A DNA stretch of 64,000 nucleotides from Candidatus Latescibacterota bacterium (GCA_965219385.1 CBDCNM010000002.1:3606305-3670304), one strand, 5' to 3'. Positions 23,001 to 32,256 are shown, numbered from the stretch's first letter. Made by a program: numbers and translations. Notes: generated by a model from the letters alone, not told the origin.

Positions 23001-23426
23001 TTCCAGGGCATGGGGCGGGATGAGGGGGTTCAGCAGCGCCGCTGCCGGCGCAACCACGATGGTGGGCTCTCTCCGCTGCAGTTGGACGGCAGCTTCCAGG
23101 CGCAGTTCAGTGATCTCCGTAGCCGGAGAACGGCCTTCGTAAATGTCCACATCCCAGGCCGGAAAGTAGCGCACGATCTTCTCGCCGACGATGCTCTGGA
23201 GATCGTCGCGCCACTGCTCGGCCCGGTCTTCGTCGGCGGCAATGACCAGCAGGGGCCGCTGGATCGAACGCTGTACATGGGTCAGCAGGAAAGCCAGCAA
23301 GGTAGAGGGCAGGGCGTGCAACAGGATTTGTTTTTCCCCCTGGCGCAACCGGGCAATCACTTCCTTGAAACTGGGGGTCTGAGCGGTTTTTCGGGCGATG
23401 TGATCGAGAGAATGAGCCGGATCCAT
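20019..23426 (-). CDS. mfd: Transcription-repair coupling factor
   Basis: VHVDHGIGRY, CGDVGYGKTE, DEEQR, TATPIPRT, QIRGRVGR and TRCF C-terminal domain. Confidence 0.98.
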   Translation of the reverse strand: MDPAHSLDHIARKTAQTPSFKEVIARLRQGEKQILLHALPSTLLAFLLTHVQRSIQRPLLVIAADEDRAEQWRDDLQSIVGEKIVRYFPAWDVDIYEGRSPATEITELRLEAAVQLQRREPTIVVAPAAALLNPLIPPHALELGTLQVKTGEEHSLDRLSAHLVDCGFERVPTIDGVGQFSVRGGILDVYPFGVEHPFRLEFFDDEVESIRHFDVGTQRSLQTCQEAVILPACEVLLESLFYEEYLQFIKKAEEGEEMDLQELKDQLELGTSLEGIESFMSLLYGGNDGLCAYLEEPLLFCDEAEDVTGELEKALERPNAEYARRATRGKLPSPAQLMREPAWLQARLEVHPRLQPAPVGEATTAVHFGALAPPIFQGELPRLYAEIDRLHQDSYAIHMHCDTQGQNSRLQELFEDRLDQVSFGLGALHQGFIFPEARIALFNDHEIFSREKRRYRYRKFRAATPISTFNSLQHGNFVVHVDHGIGRYMGIRRLQISGRDHDCLEVVYQGKDKLFVPVEQLDRLRKYSSAEGESPLLSKLGGTAWEKLKERTREEIFKMASELIQLYAERKARPGVQFSPDGPMHKEVEAAFPFQETPDQLRTMEEVKQDMEAPHAMDRLVCGDVGYGKTEIAVRAAYKVVCDHKQVAVLVPTTILAAQHYQTFSERLKHAPVRVEVLSRFRTAKEQKTILEDIKSGKVDIAIGTHRILSKDMVFRDLGLLVVDEEQRLGVRHKEKLKQLKRLVDVLTLTATPIPRTLHMSLMGGRDMSVINTPPQDRLPIHTEIIAFDQDRIAEAILREVERGGQVYFVHNRVQSIHRLTEYLRELLPQVRFGTAHGQMPARQLEKIMFEFLERNYDCLVCTMIIESGIDIPSVNTILVNRADALGLGQLYQIRGRVGRSNERAFAYLLVPKGKKLTKKSRMRLRAIEEFSDLGSGFNIAMRDMEIRGAGNLLGPQQHGFVAAVGFDLYCRLLDEAMRELKGETVGQVVEPDIKISISAYIPDDYVPDSNQKMEFYQRLADAQKIVDLLSIQEEMVDRCGRLPMHAQALMYLMEIKVMARQLGLDAVHLERSRLRLVFPEDRELQGPDVQRMVEKSSNQLEFTLDERLAIEVRLKGRDEQERLERARDVFREIL

Positions 23427-23515
23427 GTTCCCTCAAGGCGCGGTACAGAACAAAAAAAGGCCTGTTCAGCCGTGTGCGGGCAGGCTGTTTAAACCGTCGA
23501 GAATAATCGGTGTAA

Positions 23516-23715
23516 GAAGCCGTCTTAAAATTCCTGGTGAGCCCAAAGCCCGAGCGAAAAGGCGGGGGTCACCGCCCCACCTGCTGCTACGCCCGCTCGC
23601 AGCCTACCGCCCTGCCCGGAAGCGGTCATATCGCCGGGATATGGCTGCTTCCGGGCAACGCCGGCCCCCGCCGTTACAGCCGGGCGACGGCCGCCGGGGG
23701 TTTTGAGATGACTTC
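23516..23715. mobile_element. Putative 200-bp MITE with IS5-family-like ends
   Basis: Imperfect TIRs GAAGCCGTCTTAAAATTCC / rc GAAGTCATCTCAAAACCCC, TAA on both flanks, internal 20-bp hairpin at 23613-23657. Confidence 0.65.
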
Positions 23716-23716
23716 T

Positions 23717-23746
23717 AAGATAAGAGTGGGACATACTTTCTGTCAA
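23717..23746 (-). promoter_or_regulatory. Putative sigma-70 promoter for mfd
   Basis: TTGACA-18 bp-TATCTT on the minus strand. Confidence 0.55.
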
Positions 23747-23846
23747 GAAAGCTAGAGGGCGGTACGAGACTCGGGTTGGTCAACGCAGCGCGAGCGCGGT
23801 GTGTTTCAACCATAAAAAAATTCGTGCTTGATAGGGCAAAAGATTC

Positions 23847-23888
23847 GCAGTACTTTATAGCCGGTGCAGTACTTTATAGCCGGTGCAG
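23847..23888. repeat. 19-bp tandem duplication overlapping a putative -10 box
   Basis: GCAGTACTTTATAGCCGGT x2 plus GCAG; TTGATA-17-TACTTT. Confidence 0.85.
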
Positions 23889-23960
23889 ATCATCATACTC
23901 CTTGGTCCCCTTGCGGCCGTCCGCCGATTTCGCCAAATACTGGACAAACGAGGGATAAAA

Positions 23961-24464
23961 ATGAAAAATATAGCTGTCATTCTGGCCTTGATGGCGATGG
24001 TCGGAACGGGATGCGATTCCGAGAAGGTAGATGGTCCCTATACCCTTTACTACGACAATGGCAACAAAAAGGAGGAAGGGACCTATAAAGACGATAAACT
24101 GGAGGGAGATTTTTTCCAGTACGACGAAAATGGGATCCTAAAATACGAAGGCTTCTACGAAAAGGGCAAACTCAAGGGAGAGCTGGCTTTTTTCGAACCT
24201 TTTGTCGAGTACTACGAGGCGCCCGACGGACAGAAGCTGAGGGTGGAGGGGACCTATAAAGACGGCAAGAGGGATGGGGCCTATGCGGTCTACTACGGCG
24301 ATTCAAAGACTAAAAAGGTAGAGGGGATCTATAAAAACACCAACAAACACGGACGCTGGACCTGGTATGAGAAGGATGGAAAAAAGCACCGGCAGGATGA
24401 GTGGGATAGTGGGGAGTTGGTCGAGTCTGTGGATTGTGTGGAAAACCTGAGGGGATGCGACTAG
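23961..24464 (+). CDS. MORN-variant/YwqK-like repeat lipoprotein
   Basis: Signal peptide ending GTGC; repeated YYDNG..K.EGTYKD.K.EG units. Confidence 0.8.
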   Translation: MKNIAVILALMAMVGTGCDSEKVDGPYTLYYDNGNKKEEGTYKDDKLEGDFFQYDENGILKYEGFYEKGKLKGELAFFEPFVEYYEAPDGQKLRVEGTYKDGKRDGAYAVYYGDSKTKKVEGIYKNTNKHGRWTWYEKDGKKHRQDEWDSGELVESVDCVENLRGCD

Positions 24465-24488
24465 TGCGGAAATGAACGGTTGCATCGA

Positions 24489-25361
24489 CTACGAGGATTC
24501 CCGAACGATTTGTCGGAGGTATTCGCAGTACGGGTTTTCATCATATTTATTGGCCACCTCTAATACCTGCTCTGCGGATATATAACCCCTTCGGTATGCA
24601 ATTTCCTCAAGACATGCAATCTTTAGGCCTTGACGATGTTCTACGGTCTGAACGAAGCTGCTTGCCATAAGTAGGCTCTCGTGCGTACCTGTATCCAGCC
24701 ACGCGTACCCTCGACCCAAAACTTCTACGCGCAATCTACCGCTGGTCAGATATTCATTGTTAACGTCTGTGATCTCTAGTTCCTCACGAGCTGATTTTAC
24801 CAGGGTCTTTGTAACTCTAGCCACATCCTGATCGTAAAAGTAGAGTCCGGTCTGGGCATATTGCGATTTCGGAAGTTGAGGCTTCTCCTCAATACTAAGA
24901 ACCTTGAATTGACTATCGAACTCGATGACGCCATATCGTTGTGGATTGTTGACGCGGTAAGCAAAAATCAACGCTCCCTCTGTCAACTTGCCGGCTTTCT
25001 CCATTAAGCCGCCAAGTCCTTGGCCATAGAAGAAATTGTCGCCAAAGATGAGGGCACAGGGATGCCCGCGGATGAAACTCTCTCCTATGATGAAGGCTTG
25101 TGCAACGCCTTCAGGTTTCTCCTGAACGGCGTACTGTATTTGCAGACCGAGGGGTTGACCGTCACCGAAGAGCTTCTTGTAGAGATCGATGTGCTCAGGG
25201 CTAGAGATGATGAGGTACTCCCTTATTCCGGCAAGCATGAGCACGGAGAGAGGATAATAGATCATCGGCTTGTCGAATACGGGAATGATTTGCTTGGAAA
25301 TGGAGATAGTTTGAGGATAGAGTCTCGTCCCTAGGCCGCCAGCTAACACAATCCCCTTCAT
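24489..25361 (-). CDS. rfbA: Glucose-1-phosphate thymidylyltransferase
   Basis: MKGIVLAGGLGTRLYP, DKPMIYYPLS, EEKP and AWLDTGTHESL motifs. Confidence 0.96.
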   Translation of the reverse strand: MKGIVLAGGLGTRLYPQTISISKQIIPVFDKPMIYYPLSVLMLAGIREYLIISSPEHIDLYKKLFGDGQPLGLQIQYAVQEKPEGVAQAFIIGESFIRGHPCALIFGDNFFYGQGLGGLMEKAGKLTEGALIFAYRVNNPQRYGVIEFDSQFKVLSIEEKPQLPKSQYAQTGLYFYDQDVARVTKTLVKSAREELEITDVNNEYLTSGRLRVEVLGRGYAWLDTGTHESLLMASSFVQTVEHRQGLKIACLEEIAYRRGYISAEQVLEVANKYDENPYCEYLRQIVRESS

Positions 25362-25541
25362 TATTATCACCTCCTCGATCAGCAGGCACTGACTCAGCGA
25401 TATGGACATGATCGGTGAGTCCCGCCGCCATAGCCGTCGTCCTGAGGTTCCACTTTTTCGGCGTTCCCCGTTCCCGTGTGGGGCGGGGTTCGGGTAGTAA
25501 TTCTCGCAAACCGGCGAGGTTTTGTCAAATGTTGCGCCCGG

Positions 25542-25916
25542 TCAATCTTCCTCCTGACGTCGGCGGCGCTGGCGGAACATGTAGCCATAGGCGGCCAGAT
25601 TGAGGGCCAGCACAAGGGCACCCAGGCCTATCTGAATGGGGCGCGTAAGGCCGGCTGGGTAGAGGACAAAGAGCAGGTAGTGCTCGATGAAATCGCCTGT
25701 ATAACCGGCTTCTCCCCCTTTGTAGCGGAGCTGGTTTTCCAGGGGGGTGAGGGGGCAGATCCAGCCGGCGAATTCGATCAGCGCCGCCCAGGCAGCCGCA
25801 GGAGCGTGCAGCCAGATCACCCTGGGCCAGCGCAGGGCCAGGAAAGCGCCGCCCACCGCAAACACAATAAAGACCAGGTGCAAAACCACCAGGATATCGG
25901 CGAGGAGGCGATACAT
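25542..25916 (-). CDS. DUF2784-like membrane protein
   Basis: ADILVVLHL..F, WICPLTPLEN and FIEHYL..LYP motifs. Confidence 0.85.
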   Translation of the reverse strand: MYRLLADILVVLHLVFIVFAVGGAFLALRWPRVIWLHAPAAAWAALIEFAGWICPLTPLENQLRYKGGEAGYTGDFIEHYLLFVLYPAGLTRPIQIGLGALVLALNLAAYGYMFRQRRRRQEED

Positions 25917-25927
25917 CCCCGGTTGCT

Positions 25928-26827
25928 TCAGCGCACGAACCAGCGGATGGCGTAGGCCCTCTCGATGTCCTCGAAGGCCAGGGTATAAGGGTCGCAGCGT
26001 CTGTACGCGGTAAAGCCGTCGGTGCGCACCATCAGCCAGCCAAAGTCCCAGCCCTGGCTGGTGTAGAGCATGGGCACGGCCGGGGCCACGCGGACGAGGG
26101 GATGGGTGCCGGCGATGAAGAGTTCCTTTTCGGTGTAGTAGTAGCACGATCCCGCCTGTACGAAGAGCTCGTGGTCCATGGCCGCGGCTGGATCCTGGGC
26201 CAGGTCGGCGCCCAGGCCGCGGACCCCGATCTTGACTTCGCAGCCCTGGGTAAAGGCTTCGGCCAGGTCGAGCACGGAGCCGAAGAGGACCGCGCCTTGT
26301 TCGTCGTGGGAGAGCACCTCGCGCCAGCCATCGCTCACATTGAAGCGGTACACCTCGAAGTCGTAGATGAAGTTGTTGCTGGGGGCATTAGTCTCCCCGT
26401 CCCAGCTGGACTGGCTGTGGGACTTGGGCATGTCGGGGTGATGGTTGATGGGCGACTGGCCGGGGTCCCCGGTGGCGCCGGTGCCGTCCAGGTGAGGGCG
26501 GGCAATGGCCTGCTGGCCGTTCTGGTTGTAGAGGAAGAAGGACATGGACGGACGCGGGCCGAAGCCGAGCGGCAGGGAAATGGGCTGGCGCCGGCTCATG
26601 ATGCCGGCCGACCAGGCATCCTCCACCAGGTAGGTGATGGCGAATTCGGCCACCTCGCGGACGCGCTCGGTGCTGTCGGATTGGACGTCGATGTGTTCGT
26701 TGTGGATGAATTCCGTGTAGATGCGCAGATCCGCGGCGTTGCGGATGGCGGCGGCCAGGGCTTCTTCGCTGCCGGCGGTGCGGTTGCGGTTTGTATCCAA
26801 TTCCAGGGCGCTCTTCCATTCGGCCAT
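25928..26827 (-). CDS. Conserved hypothetical protein
   Basis: Host-like codon usage, in an operon after the SDR; start at MAEWKSALEL inferred. Confidence 0.7.
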   Translation of the reverse strand: MAEWKSALELDTNRNRTAGSEEALAAAIRNAADLRIYTEFIHNEHIDVQSDSTERVREVAEFAITYLVEDAWSAGIMSRRQPISLPLGFGPRPSMSFFLYNQNGQQAIARPHLDGTGATGDPGQSPINHHPDMPKSHSQSSWDGETNAPSNNFIYDFEVYRFNVSDGWREVLSHDEQGAVLFGSVLDLAEAFTQGCEVKIGVRGLGADLAQDPAAAMDHELFVQAGSCYYYTEKELFIAGTHPLVRVAPAVPMLYTSQGWDFGWLMVRTDGFTAYRRCDPYTLAFEDIERAYAIRWFVR

Positions 26828-26886
26828 GTTAAAATTCCCTTCACTCGAATATTCATTCATGTTCAGTTTGTCTGGTCGGCGCATGT

Positions 26887-27714
26887 TTACCCGGCCGACC
26901 AGGTGTGGCTGCCGCCGGCGTTGAGGGCCAGGTTGCCGCCGTCCACCGGCAGCAGGACGCCGGTGACGGCCACGGCGGCGGCCGAGCACAGGAAGACGGC
27001 CGGGCCGATGAAGTCCTCCGGGTCGAGCAGGCGGCCGAGCGGAATGCCGACCAGGAACTGCTGGCGGATTTTTTCGCCGAAGCGCGGATCCTCGAACAGC
27101 AGCTTTCTGAGCGCGGGGGTGAGCACCTGGGCCGGCAGGATGGCGTTGACCCGGATGCCCTGGCCGGCGTACTCCACGGCCAGTTCCCGGGTCAGCTGCA
27201 CCACGCCGCCCTTGGAGGTGCTGTAGGGAAGATTGCCCCGGCCCACGCCCGAGACGCCGGCGATGGAGCCGATGTTGAGGATGCTGCCGCCGGTGTCCTG
27301 CTCGATCATGCGGCGCAGGGCCTGCTGGGCGCACAGGAAGTACCCGGTGAGGTTGACGGACAGAGTCTTCTCCCAGGCCTCCAGGCTCAGCTCGTGGGGC
27401 CGCACCCGCTCGGGGAAGACAAAGGGCACATTGGCCAGGATGTCGATCTGGCCGAAGTGCTCGTCGGCTTCGAAGAAGAGGTCCTCGACTTCGCCAGGGT
27501 CGGATATATCGCAATGGGCGACCATGGTCTGGCGCCCCAGGTTTTCGATCTCTTCTCCGGTGATCCGGGCGCCCTCGTCGTCGATGTCGGCGACTACGAC
27601 GTCGGCGCCGTGGCGCGCAAAGCCCAGGGCCAAGGCGTGACCGATGCCGCCGTTGGCTCCGGCCCCGGTGACCATGGCTATCTTGCCGCTCAGGTCGAAT
27701 AAGGAATCGGCCAT
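26887..27714 (-). CDS. SDR family oxidoreductase
   Basis: TGAGANGGIG, YSTSKGG and VDGG motifs. Confidence 0.9.
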   Translation of the reverse strand: MADSLFDLSGKIAMVTGAGANGGIGHALALGFARHGADVVVADIDDEGARITGEEIENLGRQTMVAHCDISDPGEVEDLFFEADEHFGQIDILANVPFVFPERVRPHELSLEAWEKTLSVNLTGYFLCAQQALRRMIEQDTGGSILNIGSIAGVSGVGRGNLPYSTSKGGVVQLTRELAVEYAGQGIRVNAILPAQVLTPALRKLLFEDPRFGEKIRQQFLVGIPLGRLLDPEDFIGPAVFLCSAAAVAVTGVLLPVDGGNLALNAGGSHTWSAG

Positions 27715-27727
27715 GTGCAAGCCTTTC

Positions 27728-29047
27728 TTAGGTTACCAGCCACAGGTAGGGCTGTTCTACCAGGTGTTTGAGGTGTTGCAGAAAGCGCGCGGCCGGGGCG
27801 CCGTCCACCAGGCGATGATCAAAGGTGAGACTGAGGAACATCATGTGGCGGATCTCCACCCGTTCAGCCGGGGCGTCGACCACGACCTGCCTGGGCGCGA
27901 TCCGGCCCACGCCGAGGATGGCGCACTGGGGCAGATTGATGATCGGGGTAAAGGCGTCAATCTCGTACATGCCCAGGTTGGTGAGGGTGAAGGTGCCGCC
28001 CTGCAAGGCGTCCGGACTGAGGTTGCCCTTGCTGGCGGCCTCGATCAGGGCGGTGGATTCCTCGGCGATTTGCCGCAGGGTTTTGTCCTGGGCGTCGCGC
28101 AGCACCGGCACCAGCAGACCGCGTTCGGTATCCACGGCGATCCCCAGGTGGACCGCGGGGGAGAGCACGATTTCGTCCGTGCCCTGCAGCCGGGCATTGA
28201 GGGCGGGGTGGTCGGTGAGGGCCTGGGTCAAGGCCTTGACCAGCAGGTCGGTGTAGGTCGGGATGGGGCGGGAAGCGGTGGCCGGGTCGTTCTTGAGCTG
28301 GCTGCGCAGCCGCACCAGTTCGGTGGCGTCGGTCTCGGTATTGAGGGTGACCGGCGCGGTGGTGCGGGCGCTCTCGGCCAGGCGCTCGGCAGTGATTTTG
28401 CGGACCGGACTGAAGGGGACGATTTGTGCCGGCGCGGCCGGGGATGCCGCGGCCGCGGCTTCGACATCGGCGCGCTCGATCCGCCCGCCCGGCTTCTGGG
28501 CGGCCAGAGCCTCCAGGTCCACGCCCAGCTCGGCGGCCAGGCGCCGGGCGACCGGGCTGACGCGCAACTCGGTGGCCGCGGCCCGGACATCGCGCTCGAC
28601 GATGCGGCCGGTCCGGCCGGTGCCTGTGAGCCGGGTCCAGTCCACGCCCAGCTCGGCGGCCAGGCGCCGGGCGCGCGGGCTGATGGTGGGGCCGGATTTG
28701 CCGCTGCGCCGAGGTGTGAGCGGCACCGTGGTTTGGGGTGCCGCGGGCTGTTCTTGCTGGGTTTGTTGCACGGCAGGCAACACTGTGGCGGGCATTTCCT
28801 CGCCCGGCTCCAGCAGGTAGGCCAGCAGGGTCCCCACCGGTAAGGTAGAGCCGGGCGGGGGCGAGTCGGGCGGGATGCACAGGATGCCGGCGTCGAGCGC
28901 CTCGATCTCGTTGAGGGCTTTGTCGCTTTCGACCGTGAACACGATATCCCCGATCTCGACCGGGTCGCCGTCCTGTTTGACCCATTCCACCAGGATGCCC
29001 TCCTCCATGGTCCAGCCCAGCCGCGGCATGACGATTTCGATGGCCAT
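27728..29047 (-). CDS. 2-oxoacid dehydrogenase E2 (dihydrolipoamide acyltransferase)
   Basis: Lipoyl motif ESDKA, two peripheral-subunit-binding repeats (SPxARRLAAELGVD), DHRLVDG. Confidence 0.93.
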   Translation of the reverse strand: MAIEIVMPRLGWTMEEGILVEWVKQDGDPVEIGDIVFTVESDKALNEIEALDAGILCIPPDSPPPGSTLPVGTLLAYLLEPGEEMPATVLPAVQQTQQEQPAAPQTTVPLTPRRSGKSGPTISPRARRLAAELGVDWTRLTGTGRTGRIVERDVRAAATELRVSPVARRLAAELGVDLEALAAQKPGGRIERADVEAAAAASPAAPAQIVPFSPVRKITAERLAESARTTAPVTLNTETDATELVRLRSQLKNDPATASRPIPTYTDLLVKALTQALTDHPALNARLQGTDEIVLSPAVHLGIAVDTERGLLVPVLRDAQDKTLRQIAEESTALIEAASKGNLSPDALQGGTFTLTNLGMYEIDAFTPIINLPQCAILGVGRIAPRQVVVDAPAERVEIRHMMFLSLTFDHRLVDGAPAARFLQHLKHLVEQPYLWLVT

Positions 29048-29059
29048 ATTGCTCTCCTC

Positions 29060-30037
29060 CTACTCGGCCATCAAATCGCGGATGGCCGCGGCAATGGATT
29101 CGCTCTGGGGCACGGTGGCCGCTTCTAGGGGCGGGCTGTAGGGTATGGGGGTGTGGAGACCATTGAGGCGGCGCACGGGCGCGTCCAGAGCGTCAAAACC
29201 CTGGTCGACGATCCGGGCGGCGATCTCGGAGCCGATGGCGCACGGGGCATAGGTATCGTCCACGATCAGCAGCCGGCCGGTCTTGTGGACCGACTCCAGG
29301 ATGGTGTCCATATCCAGGGGCGCCACGGTGCGCGGATCGACCACCTCCACCGAGATGCCCTCTGCCTCCAGTTGCTCGCACACCTCCAGGGTCCTGGGCA
29401 CCATCAGGGCAATCGCCACCACCGTGACATCGCTGCCCTGGCGGGAGATGGCGGCTTCGCCAAAGGAGGTGTAGTACTCTTCCTCGGGCACCGGCCCCCT
29501 GGTATTGAGCAAGAGCCGGTGTTCCAGAAAGAATACGGGATCGTCGCTGCGAATCGCGGTCTTCAAGAGGCCCTTGGCATCGGCCGGGTTCGAGGGAAGC
29601 GCCACCCTGCAGCCGGGCTGGTGGGTGAAGAAGGGGTAGTAATTGCCGGAGTGATGGGTGGCGGCCGAGCCGCCCACGCCGACGCAGCCGCGCAGGGTCA
29701 GGGGCATCTTGAGGCGGCCGCTGCTCATGTACTGCATCTTGGCGGCCTGATTGACGATCTCGCCGATGGAGTCGAGGATAAAGTCGGTAAACATGAAGTC
29801 CACCACCGGCCGGGTGCCGGTCATGGCGGCGCCGGCACACATGCCGACAAAACCGCGCTCGCAGATCGGGACATCGCGCACCCGCTCCGCTCCGTGGATG
29901 TCGTAGAGCCCGGTGGTGGTGTTGAAATTGCCGCCCCGGGCGCCGCTGCCTTCGCCCACCACAAAGATGGTCGGGTCTTTGGCCATTTCCTCGGCCAGGC
30001 CCTCGCGGGCCGCGTCTGTAAAGGTCCGTTCCCGCAT
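29060..30037 (-). CDS. 2-oxoacid/acetoin dehydrogenase E1 beta
   Basis: ERVRDVPICERGF, DAKGLLKTAIR.DDPV and VHKTGRL motifs. Confidence 0.93.
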   Translation of the reverse strand: MRERTFTDAAREGLAEEMAKDPTIFVVGEGSGARGGNFNTTTGLYDIHGAERVRDVPICERGFVGMCAGAAMTGTRPVVDFMFTDFILDSIGEIVNQAAKMQYMSSGRLKMPLTLRGCVGVGGSAATHHSGNYYPFFTHQPGCRVALPSNPADAKGLLKTAIRSDDPVFFLEHRLLLNTRGPVPEEEYYTSFGEAAISRQGSDVTVVAIALMVPRTLEVCEQLEAEGISVEVVDPRTVAPLDMDTILESVHKTGRLLIVDDTYAPCAIGSEIAARIVDQGFDALDAPVRRLNGLHTPIPYSPPLEAATVPQSESIAAAIRDLMAE

Positions 30038-30047
30038 ATCACCTCAT

Positions 30048-31025
30048 TCATTGTTTACTGTACACGTGGTCGGCCACGGTGGCCGGATCCGGCCACGGGC
30101 TGTTCTGGGCGAATTCCACCGCTTCCTGGATCAGGGCCTTGACTTCCGCTTCGGTGGCCTCAAAATCGTCCTCGCCGACGGTCCCTATTTCCAGCAGGCA
30201 GGTGCGAAACTGCTCGATCGGGTCGCGCTGCTTCCACTGGTCGATCTCCTCCCGGGTGCGGTAGCCGGTGTCGCGCATGCCCTCGGAGTGCGGCCGGGTG
30301 CGGTAGGTCTTGCACTCGATCAGGGCCGGGCCGCCGCCCTGGCGGGCGCGCCCGATGGCTTCGCCGGCAGCCTCGTACACCGCCATGACATCGTTGCCGT
30401 CCACGGCTACCCCGGGCAGGCCGTAACTGGCGGCTTTGCGAGCCACGTCGGTGTCGCCGGCGGCGTATTCGAAGGGGACTTCGGTGGCGTACATGTTGTT
30501 CTCGCAGACGAAGAGGGTGGGCAGCTTGAAGATGGCGGCCAGGTTGAGGCCTTCGTGGAAGGCGCCGTTGTTGACGGCGCCTTCGCCGAAGAAGGCCACG
30601 CCCACCTGATCGGTCTTGAGCAGCATGTAGGAGTAGCCGGCGCCGGTGGCCTGCAGGATGCTGGGGCCGACGATGCCACTGGTGCCCATCAGCCCGACCT
30701 CGGGGGAAAACAGGTGCATGCTGCCGCCGCGGCCCTGCGAGCAGCCGGTGGCCTTGCCGAAGAGTTCGGCGATGAGTTGGCGGGGGGGGACGCCCTTGGC
30801 CAGGGCGTGGCCGTGGCCGCGGTGGGTGCTGAACACCGCGTCGTCCGGGCGCAAATGGGCGCAGACCCCGGTGGCTATGGCCTCCTCGCCCACGTAGGTG
30901 TGGCAGGCGCCCATGATCAGACCGGCCTGGTGCGAGCGGGCCAGCTGCTCCTCGCAGCGTCGGATCACCAGCATCTGGCGGTAGAGCGCGAGATGGATTT
31001 CGGCGGCATCCGATGAATTCACCAT
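30048..31025 (-). CDS. 2-oxoacid/acetoin dehydrogenase E1 alpha (TPP-dependent)
   Basis: STHRGHGH, GRGGSMH, TPP motif GEGA...CENN, TYR..HS. Confidence 0.93.
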   Translation of the reverse strand: MVNSSDAAEIHLALYRQMLVIRRCEEQLARSHQAGLIMGACHTYVGEEAIATGVCAHLRPDDAVFSTHRGHGHALAKGVPPRQLIAELFGKATGCSQGRGGSMHLFSPEVGLMGTSGIVGPSILQATGAGYSYMLLKTDQVGVAFFGEGAVNNGAFHEGLNLAAIFKLPTLFVCENNMYATEVPFEYAAGDTDVARKAASYGLPGVAVDGNDVMAVYEAAGEAIGRARQGGGPALIECKTYRTRPHSEGMRDTGYRTREEIDQWKQRDPIEQFRTCLLEIGTVGEDDFEATEAEVKALIQEAVEFAQNSPWPDPATVADHVYSKQ

Positions 31026-31090
31026 GTGCATTTCTCCTTCAAAGTTTCGATTTCCGGGCTGCTGTTTTTTACCCGACGCCGGTCATTCTG

Positions 31091-32239
31091 TCAGGGGCTT
31101 TTATTTTGCCGGTATACCTGCCCGCCCTTGACCACGGCCACGGGCACCAGGGCCTGCCGGCCCACCCGCGTCTGGCCCTGCGCGTCCACGAGTTGGTGCT
31201 CGCCCTCGCGCAGTTCGAAGACCACGGCGTCGCCCCAGGCCCCTGGCGCCAGGGTGCCGATCTTTTCCGCCATCAGGATGGTCTGCGCCGGCACCGAGGT
31301 GACCTTGGCGATGGCGTCGTCCAGGGACAGGCCGAGGTGGAGGAACTTGGTCACCACATTGGCCAGGTCGTAGACCGGGCCGTCGACGTTGTAGATGTGC
31401 AGATCGGACGAGATGGTCTGGGGCTGCACGCCCTGGGCCATGGCGCTTTCGACCACCTCCCAGGCAAAGGAGCCGGCGCCGTGGCCCACGTCGAATACGA
31501 CGTCGCGCTCCATGGCCTCGTACACGGATGGGCGCACCTGTCCCTGTTCGTCCAGGATGCCGCACTCCATGCCGTGGAAGCAGTGGGTCAGGATGTCGCG
31601 CTCGCCCATGAGTTCAAGGATATCGTCGAGCGAATCGCACCAGGCCGCCTGCGGGTGCACCATGATGGGCAGACCGGCCGCATCCGCGGCTTCGCGGGCC
31701 CGGTGCAGGGGCAGCATGCCCGAGCGCTCGCTGACAATGCTGCCCCTGGTCAACCGCACCTTCACCCCCAGGATCAGATCGCGGTGCTGCTCGATCATCC
31801 GGCAGGCCTTGTCGACATTGGCGTATTCGGGGATTTCGAACTCGCCGATCTCCCGGGTCAGCATGCCCTGCGACGAGATATTGAGTTGCGCCAGGATGCG
31901 GGTTTCGCTCACGTTGATCACAAACTTGCGGAATCCGGGGAAGATGTCGGCCCCGGCCGAACCGGCGTCGACCACGGTGGTGGCGCCCCGGGCCAGGCAG
32001 GTCGGATCGGGTTCAATGCCGAAGTGGCTGACCCCGGGGAAGACGTGGACGTGCAGGTCGATCATGCCCGGGGTGACGATCCGCCCGCTCGCGTCGACCG
32101 CGTTGCGGGCGTCCTCGGTGGACAGATCGTCGCCCACCGCGGCGACCAGGCCTTCGGCAAAGGCGATATCCTTGTCGGCGTGGATGTTTTGCGCGGGATC
32201 GATCAGGGTCCCGCCCTTGATGAGCAAATCGTATTTCAT
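31091..32239 (-). CDS. Dihydroorotase-like amidohydrolase/deacetylase
   Basis: PGMIDLHVH, GATTVVDAGSAG, DVGHGAGSF and ISSDLH motifs. Confidence 0.9.
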   Translation of the reverse strand: MKYDLLIKGGTLIDPAQNIHADKDIAFAEGLVAAVGDDLSTEDARNAVDASGRIVTPGMIDLHVHVFPGVSHFGIEPDPTCLARGATTVVDAGSAGADIFPGFRKFVINVSETRILAQLNISSQGMLTREIGEFEIPEYANVDKACRMIEQHRDLILGVKVRLTRGSIVSERSGMLPLHRAREAADAAGLPIMVHPQAAWCDSLDDILELMGERDILTHCFHGMECGILDEQGQVRPSVYEAMERDVVFDVGHGAGSFAWEVVESAMAQGVQPQTISSDLHIYNVDGPVYDLANVVTKFLHLGLSLDDAIAKVTSVPAQTILMAEKIGTLAPGAWGDAVVFELREGEHQLVDAQGQTRVGRQALVPVAVVKGGQVYRQNKSP

Positions 32240-32256
32240 TATTTCCATCCTTGGCT

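Noticed and set aside
23516..23715. 6S or SRP RNA
   Set aside because: GGAAGCAGC occurs but without the SRP helix-8 context, and there is no clear 6S bubble; TIRs with TAA flanks fit a MITE better (Rfam not run)
25461..25495. GTTCCCCG...CGGGG resembling a type I-E CRISPR repeat
   Set aside because: Single occurrence, no spacers or cas genes; no CRISPR array seen anywhere in the window
26828..27514. N-terminal extension of the 528-aa ORF
   Set aside because: Alternative frame of the SDR gene with low-complexity Arg/Pro-rich translation
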